Positions 24,276 through 38,013 are shown, counted from the stretch's first letter. The stretch is 64,000 nt of DNA from Mobula hypostoma (GCF_963921235.1 NC_086103.1:66712001-66776000), one strand, 5' to 3'. The notes: a model not told the origin generated them from the sequence alone. A program made the numbers and translations.

Positions 24276-25589
24276 TTGCCTTACCTATCTCCTCCTCTTT
24301 TCCTTCTTTTGATGGCTTCTGGGGTTAAACCTCTAGCATAATCATTGATGGTAATTGTTGGTCACTGGTAGATGGTTACACATCTATGAATCAGGAGAGC
24401 TCCTTGACTTTCTGTCCCTGTTGCCTTCTCCCCAGCAACTGGAGTTCCTCTGCTTGATCTCATCTTCTCCCATTCTTCCTCCAGAAGTGGTAGGATGCCT
24501 CCAGCAAAATCTTCACAGCTGTCCACTCTTCTTTTCCTGATAACATCAATTAAAAACTGTTAAAATGGTGTTGCATAGCACCCATTCTCGTTGGTCATCA
24601 AAGAACTTATGCAATAAATGCTGACAGAATTTTGAAATCAATATCTCTCAGCATATATGAAAAATCCTCTCCAATTGCACAGTAGATCCAACAACCTTGC
24701 TTGGTCACATCTATTTCATTGTTCCTTTCTAACTGGAAGCTATTAGGAGACGTTGCTCAGCAGCTGAGTGGTCATCAGTTTCCTTGAGCCAATAAAATTA
24801 GTCTTCCTCATGATAGCTATGCCTTAACTGCTTTGCTAAAATGGCATCTTGCATTTAAACTTGGACCATATAGCTCAAGATCCTATCTTGGGTGAAAAAC
24901 AACAGCCCCACAGTTCTAATTTAATTCAATAGAACAAGTGACTCATAAGCGAAAGGCTCAGAGCCATAAATTACCCAGGGAAAATAATCCTCTTTGTACT
25001 TATATCCATTTATCTTACCCTTAACCTTTCACTTATTTGAATTCTCAAACCTGTAAGAAAACCTTTTTTTGGCTTTATTTTAAAAAATCAAATATCAATT
25101 TGAGCAATTTTTAAGCCTTCATTCCAAAATGTTCTAATCTGGGGCTGTCTGATTTGTACATTGTTTTAATTCTTGAAATCAATTGATCTGATGTTTTCCA
25201 GAGGTCATTGATGTCACATCCAATCTAACAGTGCCTTGAATTCACGCTCGTCTCTTTGCTTCATGTTTGGACCAAAGCCATGATGAATTCCAGGGCCAAA
25301 TGATCCTGGTAAAACTCATCCTGGGTAGCCCAGGTCAGGTTACTGTTGATGGACGTATCATCAATGTATTGTTTAACTTTGATGATTATGACTAGATGTT
25401 TCTTTCAAAACATTTCTGGATTTGGCAAGATATCATTAGATAGGAAAATGGCAAAACTAAGTGCTTTAACGAACTTGGAGAGAGGAAGAAAGTAGATAAC
25501 TATAGCTCAGTCATTGAAAAAGTTGTTCTTGTGAAAAATTGGAAAATGTTTTTAAAGAGATAATAACAGCACAGCTTGATGAAAAATAA

Positions 25590-25692
25590 ACAAGAGAAAA
25601 TCTGCAGAAGCTGGAAATCCAAATAACACACAGAAAATGCTGGAGGAACTCAGCAGGCCAGGCCTGCTCAGTTCCTCCAGCATTTTGTGTAT
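25590..25692. mobile_element. Head-to-head Penelope terminal fragments forming a hairpin
   Basis: AAAATGCTGGAGGAACTCAGCAGGCC-A-GGCCTGCTCAGTTCCTCCAGCATTTT at ~25634-25686. Confidence 0.8.
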
Positions 25693-25939
25693 GATAAAAT
25701 ATAAGGCAGTCTGGCAAGGCCAGCATGGTTTTGTGAATGGGAAATTACTGTACGTTCAATCAATTAATTAGATTCTTTGAATAAGTGGAACTAGTGAGTG
25801 TGCCATATTTAGATTTACATGATGCATTTTATAGGGTGTTACTTCAAAGCAAAACAAAAGCTTGCAGTGTAGGAGGTGTGGATAAAAGATTAGCCAGCTA
25901 ATAGGAAGCTGGGTAGAATTAATCTTGTATTCGATTGAC

Positions 25940-27275
25940 TGCTTCTCCCGTTGCTTCTCGCTCTTGATTCTCCGTGTAACATTCTATTTCCGTTATGCCA
26001 TGGCCTCCTTTAATGCCACGATAAAGCCACATTCAGGTTAGAGAGGTAACACCTCATATTCTGTTCTGGTAGCCTCCAACCTGATGGTATCAACATTGTT
26101 TTCTCTGACTTCTGGTACATTCTCCCCCTCCCTTCTTTGCTCTTTTGTCCATTCCCATTCTGGCTCTCTGACACCCTTTTTTTTCCTCACCTGACCATCG
26201 CCGTCCTCTGGAACTCAACCTCTTTCCCTTTCTTCCATGGTCCACTGTCATCTCCTATCCTATCATCTTCAACCCTTTATGTCTTTCTACTATCCCCTTC
26301 CAGCTTCTTACTTCACCATTACCTCCCTCATAGACCCGACGCAGACTGGGAGACCGTTTCGCTGAACATCTGTGCTCTGTCCACCAGAGAAAGCAGGATC
26401 TCCCAGTGGCCACACATTTTAATTCCACGTCCCATTCCCATTCTGATATGTCTATCCACGGCCTCCTCTACTGTCAAGATGAAGCCACACTCAGGTTGGA
26501 GGAACAACACTTTATATTCCGTCTGGGTACCCTCCAACCTGATGGCACGAACATTGACTTCTCTAACTTCCATTAATGCCCCTCCTCNNNNNNNNNNNNN
26601 NNNNNNNNNNNNNNNNNNNNNNNNNNNNNNNNNNNNNNNNNNNNNNNNNNNNNNNNNNNNNNNNNNNNNNNNNNNNNNNNNNNNNNNNNNNNNNNNNNNN
26701 NNNNNNNNNNNNNNNNNNNNNNNNNNNNNNNNNNTCCTCGCCTGCTCTCCATCTTCCTCTGGCGCTCCTCTCCCCCTTTCTTTGTCCCTAGGCCTCCCAT
26801 CCCATGATCCTCTCTCTTCTCCAGCCTTGTATCCCTTTTGCCAATCACCTGTCCAGCTCTTGGTTCCATCCCTCCCCCTCCTGTCTTCTCCTATCATTTT
26901 GGATCTCCCCCTTCCCCCTCACTTTCAAATCTCTCACTATCTCTTCTTTCAGTTAGTCCTGTCAAAGGGTCTCGGCCTGAAACGTCAGCTGTGCTTCTTC
27001 CTATGGATGCTGCCTGGCCTGCTGCGTTCACCAGCATTTTGTGTGTGTTGCTTGAATTTCCAGCATCTGCAGATTTCCTCGTATCTACCAACGTACTCCT
27101 TAGCATTCACTCCTTCTTATTCTGACTTCAGCCTTCTTTTTTTAAGTCCTGATGAAGAGTCACAGCACGAAATGTTAATTATTTATTCCCTTCCATAGGT
27201 GCTACCTGATTGAGCTCCTCCAGTATTTTGTGTGTATTATTCATTATTTCCAGCATCTGCAGAATCTCTCGTGTG
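25940..27275 (+). mobile_element. Nested Penelope-like 3' fragments (GIY-YIG C-terminus plus pLTRs)
   Basis: 26337-26570 reads RRRLGDRFAEHLCSVHQRKQDLPVATHFNSTSHSHSDMSIHGLLYCQDEATLRLEEQHFIFRLGTLQPDG. An older copy of the same segment lies at ~25950-26120; pLTR motifs at ~26950 and ~27145. Confidence 0.85.
26588..26734. other. Assembly gap (147 N)
   Basis: Run of n characters inside the pyrimidine-rich part of a Penelope element. Confidence 1.
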
Positions 27276-27536
27276 TAGAATGAAGTGATGGGAGGCCATT
27301 ATGAAGTGTGTTGAATAAACATCATAATTAATTTTATTTAATCTGTAAGACTAGTGTTCATTGATAATATTAAAAAACAACAAAGACTCTATGTGACCAC
27401 ATCTGTGGATCTATTTTGTTCCAAATTGCTAGTAACTTTCAACATCAGTGCTTAATTGCTGAGCATGGCCTAAGCCTGCAAGGTAAGCTTTCAATTTTCA
27501 AATCAGTATCAGAATCAGGTTAATTATCACAGACAT

Positions 27537-27835
27537 TGCTGACTGGCTCAGTAGCATGGCAGTTAGCGTTATGTTATTATAGTGCCAGCAATCAGCGATC
27601 AGTATTAAATTCCTGCAGTTGTCTGTCAGGAGTTTGTACGTACTCTCTGTGACCGAGCGGGTTTCCTCCCACATTCCAAAGCCATAGGTGGTAGGGTTAG
27701 TATGTTGTGGGCTCTGGAACCGTGGCAACACTTGTGGATTACCCCGAGCACTTCCTCGGACTGCGTTGGTCATTGACGCAAATGATGCACTTCAGTGTAT
27801 GTTTCGATGTACATGTGACAAACAAAGCTAATCTT
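27537..27835 (+). mobile_element. V-SINE-like element
   Basis: tRNA-like head (GCATGGCAGTTAGCG), GAGTTTGTACGTACTCTCTGTGACCGAGCGGGTTTCCTCCCACATTCCAAAG, tail ..GATGTACATGTGACAAACAAAGCTAATCTTT. Confidence 0.65.
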
Positions 27836-29440
27836 TTCTCTGAAATTGCGTGTTTTGCAGCAGTATTACAGTGTAACGTGCAAAATTTAAAATAAGGATA
27901 TGTATTAATAAGTAAATGAATAGTGCTAAAAGAGAGGAAAATAGTGAGATAGTATTTTGGGTTCATGGTCTGTTCGGAAATCACAGCAAGAAAAAGCTTT
28001 GCCTGAAAAGTTGAGTGTGTCTCCAGCTTCCTGTACCTCCTAAATGTAGTAATGTTACATTTGCTCTTTTCAAATCTGTAAGAACCAATATAAAATTTAT
28101 GGAACTTATGAAGATGACAGCCTCTGAAATTATGACCTCCATAGCAACTCCTTTCAATACCTTGGGATGCAGGTCCTGGGAGTTTATTGCCTTTTTGTCC
28201 CCTTAGTTTCTCCAGTCTGATTCACATTTTTTTCATGTCCTTACTCATTCTAGACCTGTGGTCCTTCACTACCACTGGGAGGTATTCCTTATCTTCTTCC
28301 ATGAACACAGTACAAGGTATTTGGTTAATTTCTCTGTACTTAGCTTATTCCCCATTCTCTTCTGTCAGGTACACTTTTGCTCATCTTTTCCTATTGATAG
28401 AGTGTATCTGTACAACACTTAACATTGGTTTTCATGCTTCTTGTCAGGTTACTCGCATTACTTTTCTTTAGCAATTTCTTGCACCTCCTTTAATGAATTT
28501 TGATATTTTCCCAATTCTCAGATTCTTTATGACAAATATTAGATATCTTTCCAAAATTTAATACTATCTTATTAATCATAAGTAGACCCCAAGTTTCAGT
28601 GTCTTGAACAGAATGTGTTATTTGCTCTAAACTATAGATTAATTCTTTCAATATTAGCTAATGGAAGGAGATTAGTATTTGAATTGCTTTCTTCCATGTT
28701 TCATTCTATATTTAAACTTAGATAATTTTCTTTAAGTATGTAACATTCTAATATTTTCTTCTTGAAAACTATGGAAAATGGCCAAAATCTAGAAATACAA
28801 TATCATCTCCCAAGGTTCTATGTTCTGTAATAGACATATGAGACTCTGTCAACACTTCTAATAAAATATTATCTCCCTGATTTTCTCTTTCAAACACAAA
28901 CTTAAAAGGAAAAGTATTGACCTAAATTCAAAAAGCTTTCAGAAAGATTTATTGCAATAGCAGTCTAAACGAACCAGTAAACCAATCCAGACAAACTACA
29001 AGAGGTACATAATGTATTCATTTTGGTAGGTGCTCTCTGCTAGGATTTCAAGAAATTGTAATTATGGCTATGCATAAATTTCATTTTAGCTTCAAAGTAT
29101 AGCTTAATTGTGAATTATTCAACTTTAAAGTACGTTAAACTTTGAATTGCCCAATTTGGCTTGACATACAATGTATAAACTGAAGTAGTTAATGGTATAA
29201 ATAGTTTAATGTTCAGTTCCTTGGAATTGAGGAGCATTTGAATTAGTAGGAGTAAACTGGGACATGTGGTGGCACAATTACCGATTTTGCCCAACAAATC
29301 TATACTGAAAGGAAAATTGTCTGTGGGGTCGGGGGGGTGGGGGGTGGATGACGATAAGGGGCCAGAATAACATGGGTACCCTCAGCGATTATTAAGCTGA
29401 ATAAGAACAGGCACATTTGTGCCTGTGTGTATAATATTAC

Positions 29441-32290
29441 TATTCGTAACAAGGCGGATGAATTGAAAGTGCAGATTGTTATTAATGATTATGATATAGT
29501 TGGGATCACAGAGACATGGCTCCAGGATGACCAAGGATGGGAGCTCAACGTTCAGGGATATTCAATATTCAGGAGGGATAGACATGAAAGAAAAGGAGGT
29601 GGGGTGGCGTTGCTGGTTAAAGATGAGATTAATGCAATAGAAAGGAAGGACATAAGCCGGGAAGATGTGGAATCGATATGGGTAGAGCTGCATAACACTA
29701 AGGGGCAGAAAACGCTGGGGGGAGTTGTGTACAGGCCACCTAACAGTAGTAGTGAGGTCGGAGATGGTATTAAACAGGAAATTAGAAATGTGTGCAATAA
29801 AGGAACAGCAGTTATAATGGGTGACTTCAATCTACATGTAGATTGGGTGAACCAAATTGGTAAAGGTGCTGAGGAAGAGGATTTCTTGGAATGTATGCAG
29901 GATGGTTTTTTGAACCAACATGTCGAGGAACCAACTAGAGAGCAGGCTATTCTAGACTGGGTTTTGAGCAATGAGGAAGGGTTAATTAGCAATCTTGTCG
30001 TGAGAGGTCCCTTGGGTAAGAGTGACCATAATATAGTGGAATTCTTCATTAAGATGGAGAGTGACATAGTTAATTCAGAAACAAAGGTTCTGAACTTAAA
30101 GAGGGGTAACTTTGAAGGTATGAGACATGAATTAGCTAAGATAGACTGGCAAATGACACTTAAAGGATTGACGGTGGATATGCAATGGCAAGCATTTAAG
30201 GACTGCATGGATGAACTACAACAATTGTTCATCCCAATTTGGCAAAAGAATAAATCAAGGAAGGTAGTGCACCCGTGGCTGACAAGAGAAATTAGCGATA
30301 GTATCAATTCCAAAGAGGAAGCATACAAATTAGCCAGAGAAAGTGGCTCACCTGAGGACTGGGAGAAATTCAGAGTTCAGCAGAGGAGGGCAAAGGGCTT
30401 AATTAGGAAGGGGAAAAAAGATTATGAGAGAAAACTGGCAGGGAACATAAAAACTGACTGTAAAAGCTTTTATAGATATGTAAAAAGGAAAAGACTGGTA
30501 AAGACAAATGTAGGTCCCCTACAGACAGAAACAGGTGAATTGATTATGGGGAGCAAGGACATGGCAAACCAATTAAATAATTACTTTGGTTCTGTCTTCA
30601 CTAAGGAGGACATAAATAATCTTCCAGAAATAGTAGGGGAGGGAGGGTCCAGTGAGATGGAGGAACTGAGCGAAATACATGTTAGTAGGGAAGTGGTGTT
30701 GGGTAAATTGTAGGGATTAAAGGCAGATAAATCCCCAGGGCCAGATGGTCTGCATCCCAGAGTGCTTAAGGAAGTAGCCCAAGAAATAGTGGATGCATTA
30801 GTGATAATTTTTCAAAACTCGTTAGATTCTGGACTAGTTCCTGAGGATTGGAGGGTGGCTAATGTAACCCCACTTTTTAAAAAAGGAGGGAGAGAGAAAC
30901 CGGGGAATTATAGACCGGTTAGCCCAACGTCAGTGGTGGGGAAACTGCTGGAGTCAGTTATCAAAGATGTGATAACAGCACATTTGGAAAGTGGTGAAAT
31001 CATCAGACAAAGTCAGCATGGATTTCTGAAAGGAAAATCATGTCTGACGAATCTCATAGAATTTTTTGAGGATGTAACTAGTAGAGTGGATAGGGGAGAA
31101 CCAGTGGATGTGGTATATTTGGATTTTCAAAAGGCGTTTGACAAGGTCCCACACAGGAGATTAGTGTGCAAACTTAAAGCACACTATTGGTTAGAATTGG
31201 TTAGCAGACAGGAAGCAAAGAGTGGGAATAAACGGGACCTTTTCAGAATGGCAGGCAGTGACTAGTGGGGTAGGCAAGGCTCAGTGCTGGGACCCTAGTT
31301 GTTTACAATATATATTAATGACTTGGATGAGGGAATTAAATGCAGCATCTACAAGTTTGCAGATGACACGAAGCTGGGCAGCAGTGTTAGCTGTGAGGAG
31401 GATGCTAAAAGGATGCAGGGTGACTTGGATAGGTTGGGTGAATGGGCAAATTCATGGCAGATGCAATTTAATGTGGATAAATGTGAAGTTATCCACTTTG
31501 GTGGCAAAAATAGGAAAACAGATTATTATCTGAATGGTGGCCGATTAGGAAAAGGGGAGGTGCAACGAGACCTGGGTGTCATTATACAGCAGTCATTGAA
31601 AGTGGGCATGCAGGTACCGCAGGCGGTGAAAAAGGCGAATGGTGTGCTGGCATTTATAGCGAGAGGATTCGAGTACAGGAGCAGGGAGGCACTACTGCAG
31701 TTGTACAAGGCCTTGGTGAGACCACACCTGGAGTATTGTGTGAAGTTTTGGTCCCCTAATCTGAGGAAAGACATCCTTGCCATAGAGGGAGTACAAAGAA
31801 GGTTCACCAGATTGATTCCTGGGATGGCAGGACTTTCATATGAAGGAAGACTGGATGAACTGGGCTTGTACTCGTTGGAATTTAGAAGATTGAAGGGGGA
31901 TCTGATTGAAACGTATAAAATCCTAAAGGGATTGGACAGGCTAGATGCAGGAAGATTGTTCCCGATGTTCGGGAAGTCCAGAACAAGGGGTCACAGTTTG
32001 AGGATAAAGGGGAAGCCTTTTAGGACTGAGATTAGGAAAAACTTCTTCACACAGAGAGTGGTGAATCTGTGGAATTCTCTGCCACAGGAAACAGTTGAGG
32101 CCAGTTCATTGGCTATATTTAAGAGGGAGTTAGATATGGCCCTCGTGGCTAAAGGGATCAGGGGGTATGGAGGGAAGGCTGGTGCAGGGTTCTGAGTTGG
32201 ATGATCAGCCATGATCATAATAAATGGCGGTGCAGGCTCGAAGGGCCGAATGTCCTACTCCTGTACCTATTTTCTATGTTTTTATGTTTC
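29441..32290 (+). mobile_element. CR1 LINE with a nearly complete ORF2 (APE endonuclease + RT) and few disablements
   Basis: Endonuclease motifs DIVGITETWL, GDFN, SDH; RT motifs YLDFQKAFDKVPH and KFADDTKL; C-terminus FTQRVVNLWNSLP. TAG at 30711-30713 and deletion/frameshifts at ~31185-31275. TTTCTATG-type tail; possible TSD TATTACT (29435-29441 / 32291-32297). Confidence 0.95.
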
Positions 32291-33324
32291 TATTACTTCT
32301 TCCTTTTTCCCCTCTGAAAAAGTAGTATTGTTTAAATTCTTACATTTCTACATGTCTATCTTTTGACATGCATTGTGGTCGTTTTGGGTGTATTATTAAT
32401 GATGGTTGTGGGAAAAACTTTGTTTCAGCATATTGGTTTAAGTCTGATAGTCCTTATTACTTATTGATAACAATAGGAAAATATTTATGGCAAAAAGAAT
32501 TAACCTGCTTTTCCTGATGGAATGCATATTTGGTTCTCCTTTGCAATATAACGATAAGATCTATTATGCCACCAACAGCTATATCATTGTGAGACAAGCT
32601 GCTTTTCCAGAAGCACCAAGCAGATGCAGTATTGTCACAAAAGGGGTTTTAATGTCTGAGACCATTATGATGTATGCTCTTGCCTTATGAGATCCTATGG
32701 TATCAGAGGAGTACATTTATGCATTGAACAGCTGTAAATTCTCAAACTTTAATATAAAAGGATCATATTCCTGTCACTGTACTCAATGGGAGTGCATCAG
32801 CGAAATGATTTAATTACTTCACCACTTGCTTGATGTCGTCTCAAATGTTTTTGTCACATAGTTCTACCCTCGTGATGAAACCTGATAGTTAGGCAGATCG
32901 AGTGACTGGAGCAACTGTAGGCAATACACTTGCAGCTTTAAATTCTTCCCTACACAGTTGTTCAGGAAGCTTATCCTTACAGGGTCCATCTGGGCCCAGT
33001 ATGCAAGTGCAAAGTCGCAGAATGACAGATATGCACATGTTAATTTTAAGCCACACCAATAGAATCCTCAAGAAAAGTCTCGTGCCAGTTTCCGGCTTCC
33101 CCTTCATGCCTTTAACTCAAACATCTTTATGCTCCGGGAAACATAAGACACTGGACTACTCCATGTATTGTATAGATCCTGGAGAAAATCATGTTTTAAA
33201 ATGACCCTGTTTACTATTTTTTAAGGAAATTTATTTGACATTTATTTTCAAACAGGGTATTTATTTGAAAGTTACTGCGCCAAGTTAGAATGATTTGGAC
33301 TGTTCATCAAACATGAAATATGTC

Positions 33325-33560
33325 ACCCTTGGCTCAGTAACAACTTTTTCATCTCTGACTCAACACATTGTAAGTTCAAACTGCTCTTCAAAGATCTGAA
33401 CACATTATGTAGGCACACTGAGGGAGTGCTGTTAGGTTTCTGTCCTTTAGATAAAATGTTATACTGAGGATCCATCTCAGCTATTTGAAACATTTCAAGG
33501 TCTTTCCCTTGATGTCTTGGCCATCATTAATCTCTTAACTAAAATCATAAGGAAAACAAC
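33325..33560 (+). mobile_element. SacSINE1/DeuSINE-like ancient SINE remnant
   Basis: TGGCTCAGT..TCTCTGACTCA..GTTCAA head, ACTGAGGGAGTGCTG core and TGTCTTGGCCATCATTAATCTCTTAAC, collinear with the recalled consensus. Confidence 0.6.
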
Positions 33561-34269
33561 TAAACTAGATCCATAAATTATTAGAGTCAGTGAGACTCAC
33601 TGTGTGCCAATGTTATTACTAAGTTAACTTTTGTTATGAATGTAGCTCCACTTTCAAACCACTTCAGAGGAAATAAATAACTTGGAAGTCTTGATGTTGA
33701 GTGTTTTCTTTCTCTCTGTTGAAAAATGGACATACGTTGGAAATTAAACATGTCTTTTATCGGAGTGAGGTAAGAAGATAAAAACACTTAACATCTACTG
33801 GATAAAAACCCTTGAATAATTTTGCATAAAAAAAGTCAATTTGTTTAGGTAAAACAGTTTGTTTTGCAAAAAGATTTTTTTTGATTGGTGATTTTGTTTA
33901 CAGTTACTATAATTGTAGCACAGTTACTGTAAGTTAGCTGTGGAAGTCATGGGTCCTGTAAATGGTGCAAACTGCTGCTACTGTGTGTTACAGTTAGAGT
34001 GAGTGAATGGTTGTTTCGGGGTGCCTAGCCAGTAGCTGCTGTGTCCTGTATAGTGCTAAGCTTCTTGAGTGTTTTTGAAGCTTCACTCATCCCGCTAAGT
34101 GGAGAGTATTACATCACACTCCTGACTGGAGCCTTTTAGTTGGTGGAATGGTTTTCAGGAGTTAGGAGGTGACTTATATGCCACAGGATTCTTAGCCTCT
34201 GATCTGATCTTGTAGCCACATTGGTTACATAGCTAGCCTCCAGTCTATGGTAACCCCCCAAAATATTCT

Positions 34270-36925
34270 GATCTCATATCATTCCATTCTAAGGATTTGG
34301 TTAAAATTTAATTCGAATCCTTAGAAAGAGGTGACATAGGATTGGAAGATGTAAAATCCTTGTGGGTAGAGTTAAGAACTGCGAGAGTAAAAAGCTCTAG
34401 ATGGGAAGAGTTGTATACAGACCCCCAAGCAGTGGTAAGAATGTGGCCAACAAATTACAATGGGAGATAGAAAAGGCATGCCAAAAGGGCAATGTTACAA
34501 CAGTCTTGGGGACTTCAATATGCAAGTAGATTGGGAAAATCAGGTTGGTGCTGGAATCCAGGAGGGGAAATTTCTAGAGTGTTTATGAGATGGCTGTTTA
34601 GAGCAGCTTGTGGCTGAGCCTACTAGGGGATAAACTATTCTGGATTGGGTGCTTTGTAATGAACTGCATTTGATTAGGGAGCTTAAAGGCAAGGGACCCT
34701 TAGGAGCTGGTGATCATAATATGATAGACTTCCCCTTTTAATTTGAAAGGGAAAAGCCAAATTCAGATGTATCAGTAGCAACAATAGAGTAAAGGGAATG
34801 GAGTAGAGGCAAGAAAGAGGAGCTGACTAAAGCTAATTGGAAGGGGACACCAGCAGGGATGGTGACAGAGCAGCAATGACTGGAGTTTCTGGGAGCAATT
34901 GGAAGGCACAAGATATATACATCCCAAAGAAGAGAAATATTCTAAAAGCAGGATGACACAATTGTAGCTGACAAAGGAAGTCAAAACTGATATATATAAA
35001 TGAAAGAGAGGGCATGTATTAGAGAAAAAATTAGTGGATTGGGAAATATTTAAAAACCAACAGAAGGCAACGAAAAAAGTCAAGGTGGGGGTGGGGAGGA
35101 GATGAAATATGAAGGTAAGCTAGCCAATAATATCAAAGAGGATACCAAAAGTTTTTTTCAGATATGTAAAGAGTAAAAGATAAGCAAGAGTAGACATTGG
35201 ACAGCTGGAAAATGATGTTGGAAAAGCAATAACAGGGAACAAGGAAATGACTGAAGAACTGAAGTATTTTGCACCAGTCTTCGCTATGGAAGACATTACA
35301 GTATTGATGGAGCTTGAGAGTGTCGGGGGCAAACGTGTGTAGTTGCTATTACTAGGCAGAAGGTGCTTGGGAAACTGAAAGGTCTGAAGGTAGCTAAGTC
35401 ACCTGAACCAGATGGACTGCAACCCAGGGTTCTGAAACAGGTAGCTGAAGAGATTGTGGAGGCATTAGCAATGATCTTTCGAGAATCGCTGGATTCTGGA
35501 ATGGCTCTGGAGGACTGGAAAATTGCAAATGCCACTCCACTCTTCAAGAAGGGAGGGAGGCAGAAGAAAGGAAACTATAAGCCAGTTAGCCTGACCTCAG
35601 TGACTGGTAAGATGTTGGAGTTGATTATTAATGATGGCGATCATTATTGAGATACAGCATGGATACAGGTTTCAGGGTACTTGGAGGCACATGATAAAAT
35701 AAACCAAAGTTCACATGGTTTTTCAAAGAGAAAATCTTGCTTGACAGATTGTTAGAATTCTTTTATGAGATAACAAGCAGGATAGACAAAGAATAATCAG
35801 TAGATGTTGGGTACTTGGATTTTTAGAAGGCCTTTGACAAGGTACTGCACATGACGCTGCTTAACAAGATAAGAGCCCATGGATTACAGGAAAGATACTA
35901 TTATGGATAGAGTATTAGCTGATTGGAAGGAAGAAAAGGTTGGGAATAGATGGACCCTTTTCTGATTGGCTGCAGACAACTAATGGAGTTCTGCAGGGGT
36001 TGGTATTGGAACTGCTTCTTTTTATGTTGTATATCCATAATTTGGATGATGGCATTGAAAGCTTTGTGGCCAAGTTTGCAGATGATACGAAGATCGGTGG
36101 AAGGGCAGGTAGTGTTGAGGAAGCAGGGAGTCTGCAGAAGGACTTGGACAGATTAGGCGAATGGGCAAAAAGTGACAGATAGAATACAATGTTGGGAAGT
36201 ATGTGATTATGCACTTTGGTAGAAGGAATAAAAGCATAGACTATTTTCGGTGTCCTTGTGCAGGATTCCCTAAAGACTAATTCGTAGGTTGAGTTGGTGG
36301 TGACGAAGGCAAATGCAATTTTAGCATTTATTTTGAGAGGACTAGAACATAAAAGCAAGGATGTAATACTGAGACTTCATAAGGCACCCGTGAAGCCTCA
36401 CTTGGAGTATTGTCAGCAGTTTTGGGCTCCTTATTTAAGAAAGGATGTGCTGACATTGGAGAGGGTTCAGAGGAGGTTCACAAGGATAATTCCAGGAATG
36501 AAAGGCCTATTGTATGAGGATGGCTCTGGGCATTTTCTCCCTGGACTTTAGAAGAATGAAGGGGATCCTATTGAAATCTATCGAATGTTGAAAGGCCAAG
36601 ATAGAGGAGATGTGGAAAGGATATTTCCTATGGTGAGGGAGTCTTGGACCAGAGGGCACAACCTCAGAATAGAGGGATATCCATTTAGAACGTAGATGAG
36701 GAATTTCTTTAGCCAGGGTGAGGTGAATCTGTGGAATTGGTTGCCTCAGGCAGCTGTGAAGGTCAGGCCATTGGGTGTATTTGAGGCAGAGGCTGATAGG
36801 TTTTTGATCAGTCAGGGTGGAAGAGGTTTGGGGGAGAAGGCAGGAGAGTGGAAATGAGAGGGAAATGGATCAGACATAATGAAATGGCAGAGCAGACTCG
36901 ATGGTCCTATGTCTTATGGTCTATA
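34270..36925 (+). mobile_element. Degraded CR1 LINE ORF2 plus 3' UTR
   Basis: KSPEPDGLQPRVLKQVAEEIVEAL..NATPLFKKGGRQKKGNYKPVSLTS; VAKFADDTKIGG; PHLEYCQQFWAPYLRKD; many stops and frameshifts. Confidence 0.92.
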
Positions 36926-37629
36926 CTTATACTGGGAGATTCAGCGATGGCAATGCCACTGAATGCCAGAGGGTGATAGCTGGATTTTCTCTTGTCAAGG
37001 ATACTGTCACTGCCTGGGTTTTGTGTGGCAAATGTTATTTGCCACCCTAGGCATAGAAATTATTCAGATTGTGGACTGCTTTAGTTGAGGAGAAGCAAAT
37101 GGTGGTAAACATTATGCAATCATCAGTGACCATCCCTACTTCTGACCTTTTGATTGAAGGAAAGTTGTTGATAAAGCTGCTGAAAATGCTTAAACCTAGG
37201 GTACCCCTGCAGAGATGGTTCATGGCTGAACTGACTGACTTCATCTTCCTCTGTGTTAGGGATACTTCCAACCAGAAAAGTTTTCCTCCCAATTCCCACT
37301 GTTTTCAGTTTAGTCAGGGCACCTTGATGCCATATTTGATCAAATGCTACCTTGATGTCAAGGGCAGTTACTCTCATTATGTCTGGAGTTCACTGCTTTT
37401 CTATAGGTTTGGCCAAGACTGTAGATGAGGCCAGGAGCTGAGTGATATTGGTGAATTCCAAGCTGAGTTTCTGCGAGCAGGATTGTTATGAAGCCAGTTC
37501 TATTTGATGGGACGAACGATTATGCCTTCCATCACTTTGTGGATGGTCAGGGGATACTAATGGGGTGGTAACTGGCTGGGTTGGATTTGTCTTGCTTCTT
37601 GTGGGCAAGGCACACCCAGGCAACTTCCA

Positions 37630-38013
37630 ATGGGATCAGAGGTGACCTGACAGAGGTGTAAAAGATAATGAGAGGCATTGATCATGTGGCTAGTCAGAGG
37701 CTTTTTCCCAGGGCTGAAATGGCTAGCACGTGAGGGCACAGTTTTAAGGTGCTTGGAAGTAGGTACAGAGGAGATGTCAGGGGTAAGTTGTTACTTTTTA
37801 CGCAGAGAGTGGTGACTGCGTGGAATGAGCTGCTGGCGGCGGTGGTGGAGGCGGAAACGGTAGGGTCTTTTAAGAGACACCTGGATGGATAGATGGAGCT
37901 TAGAAAAATAGAGGGCTATGGGTAAAGCCTAGGTAGTTCTAAGGTAAGGACATGTTCGGCACAGCTTTGTGGGCTGAAGGGCCTGTACTGTGCTGTAGGT
38001 TTTCCATGTTTCT
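37630..38013 (+). mobile_element. CR1 3' fragment
   Basis: GGTGACCTGACAGAGGTG..TTTTTACGCAGAGAGTGGTGACTGCGTGGAATGAGCTG..GGGCCTGTACTG-like 3' UTR. Confidence 0.85.

Noticed and set aside
24285-24538. Minus-strand segment bounded by AG and GTAAG with one in-frame TGA
   Set aside because: Internal stop, no recognisable homology and no support for selenocysteine readthrough.
26137-27198. ORFs of 353 and 189 aa
   Set aside because: They are open only by reading through the N gap, within Penelope fragments.
29552-30328. 258-aa minus-strand ORF
   Set aside because: Antisense shadow of CR1 ORF2.
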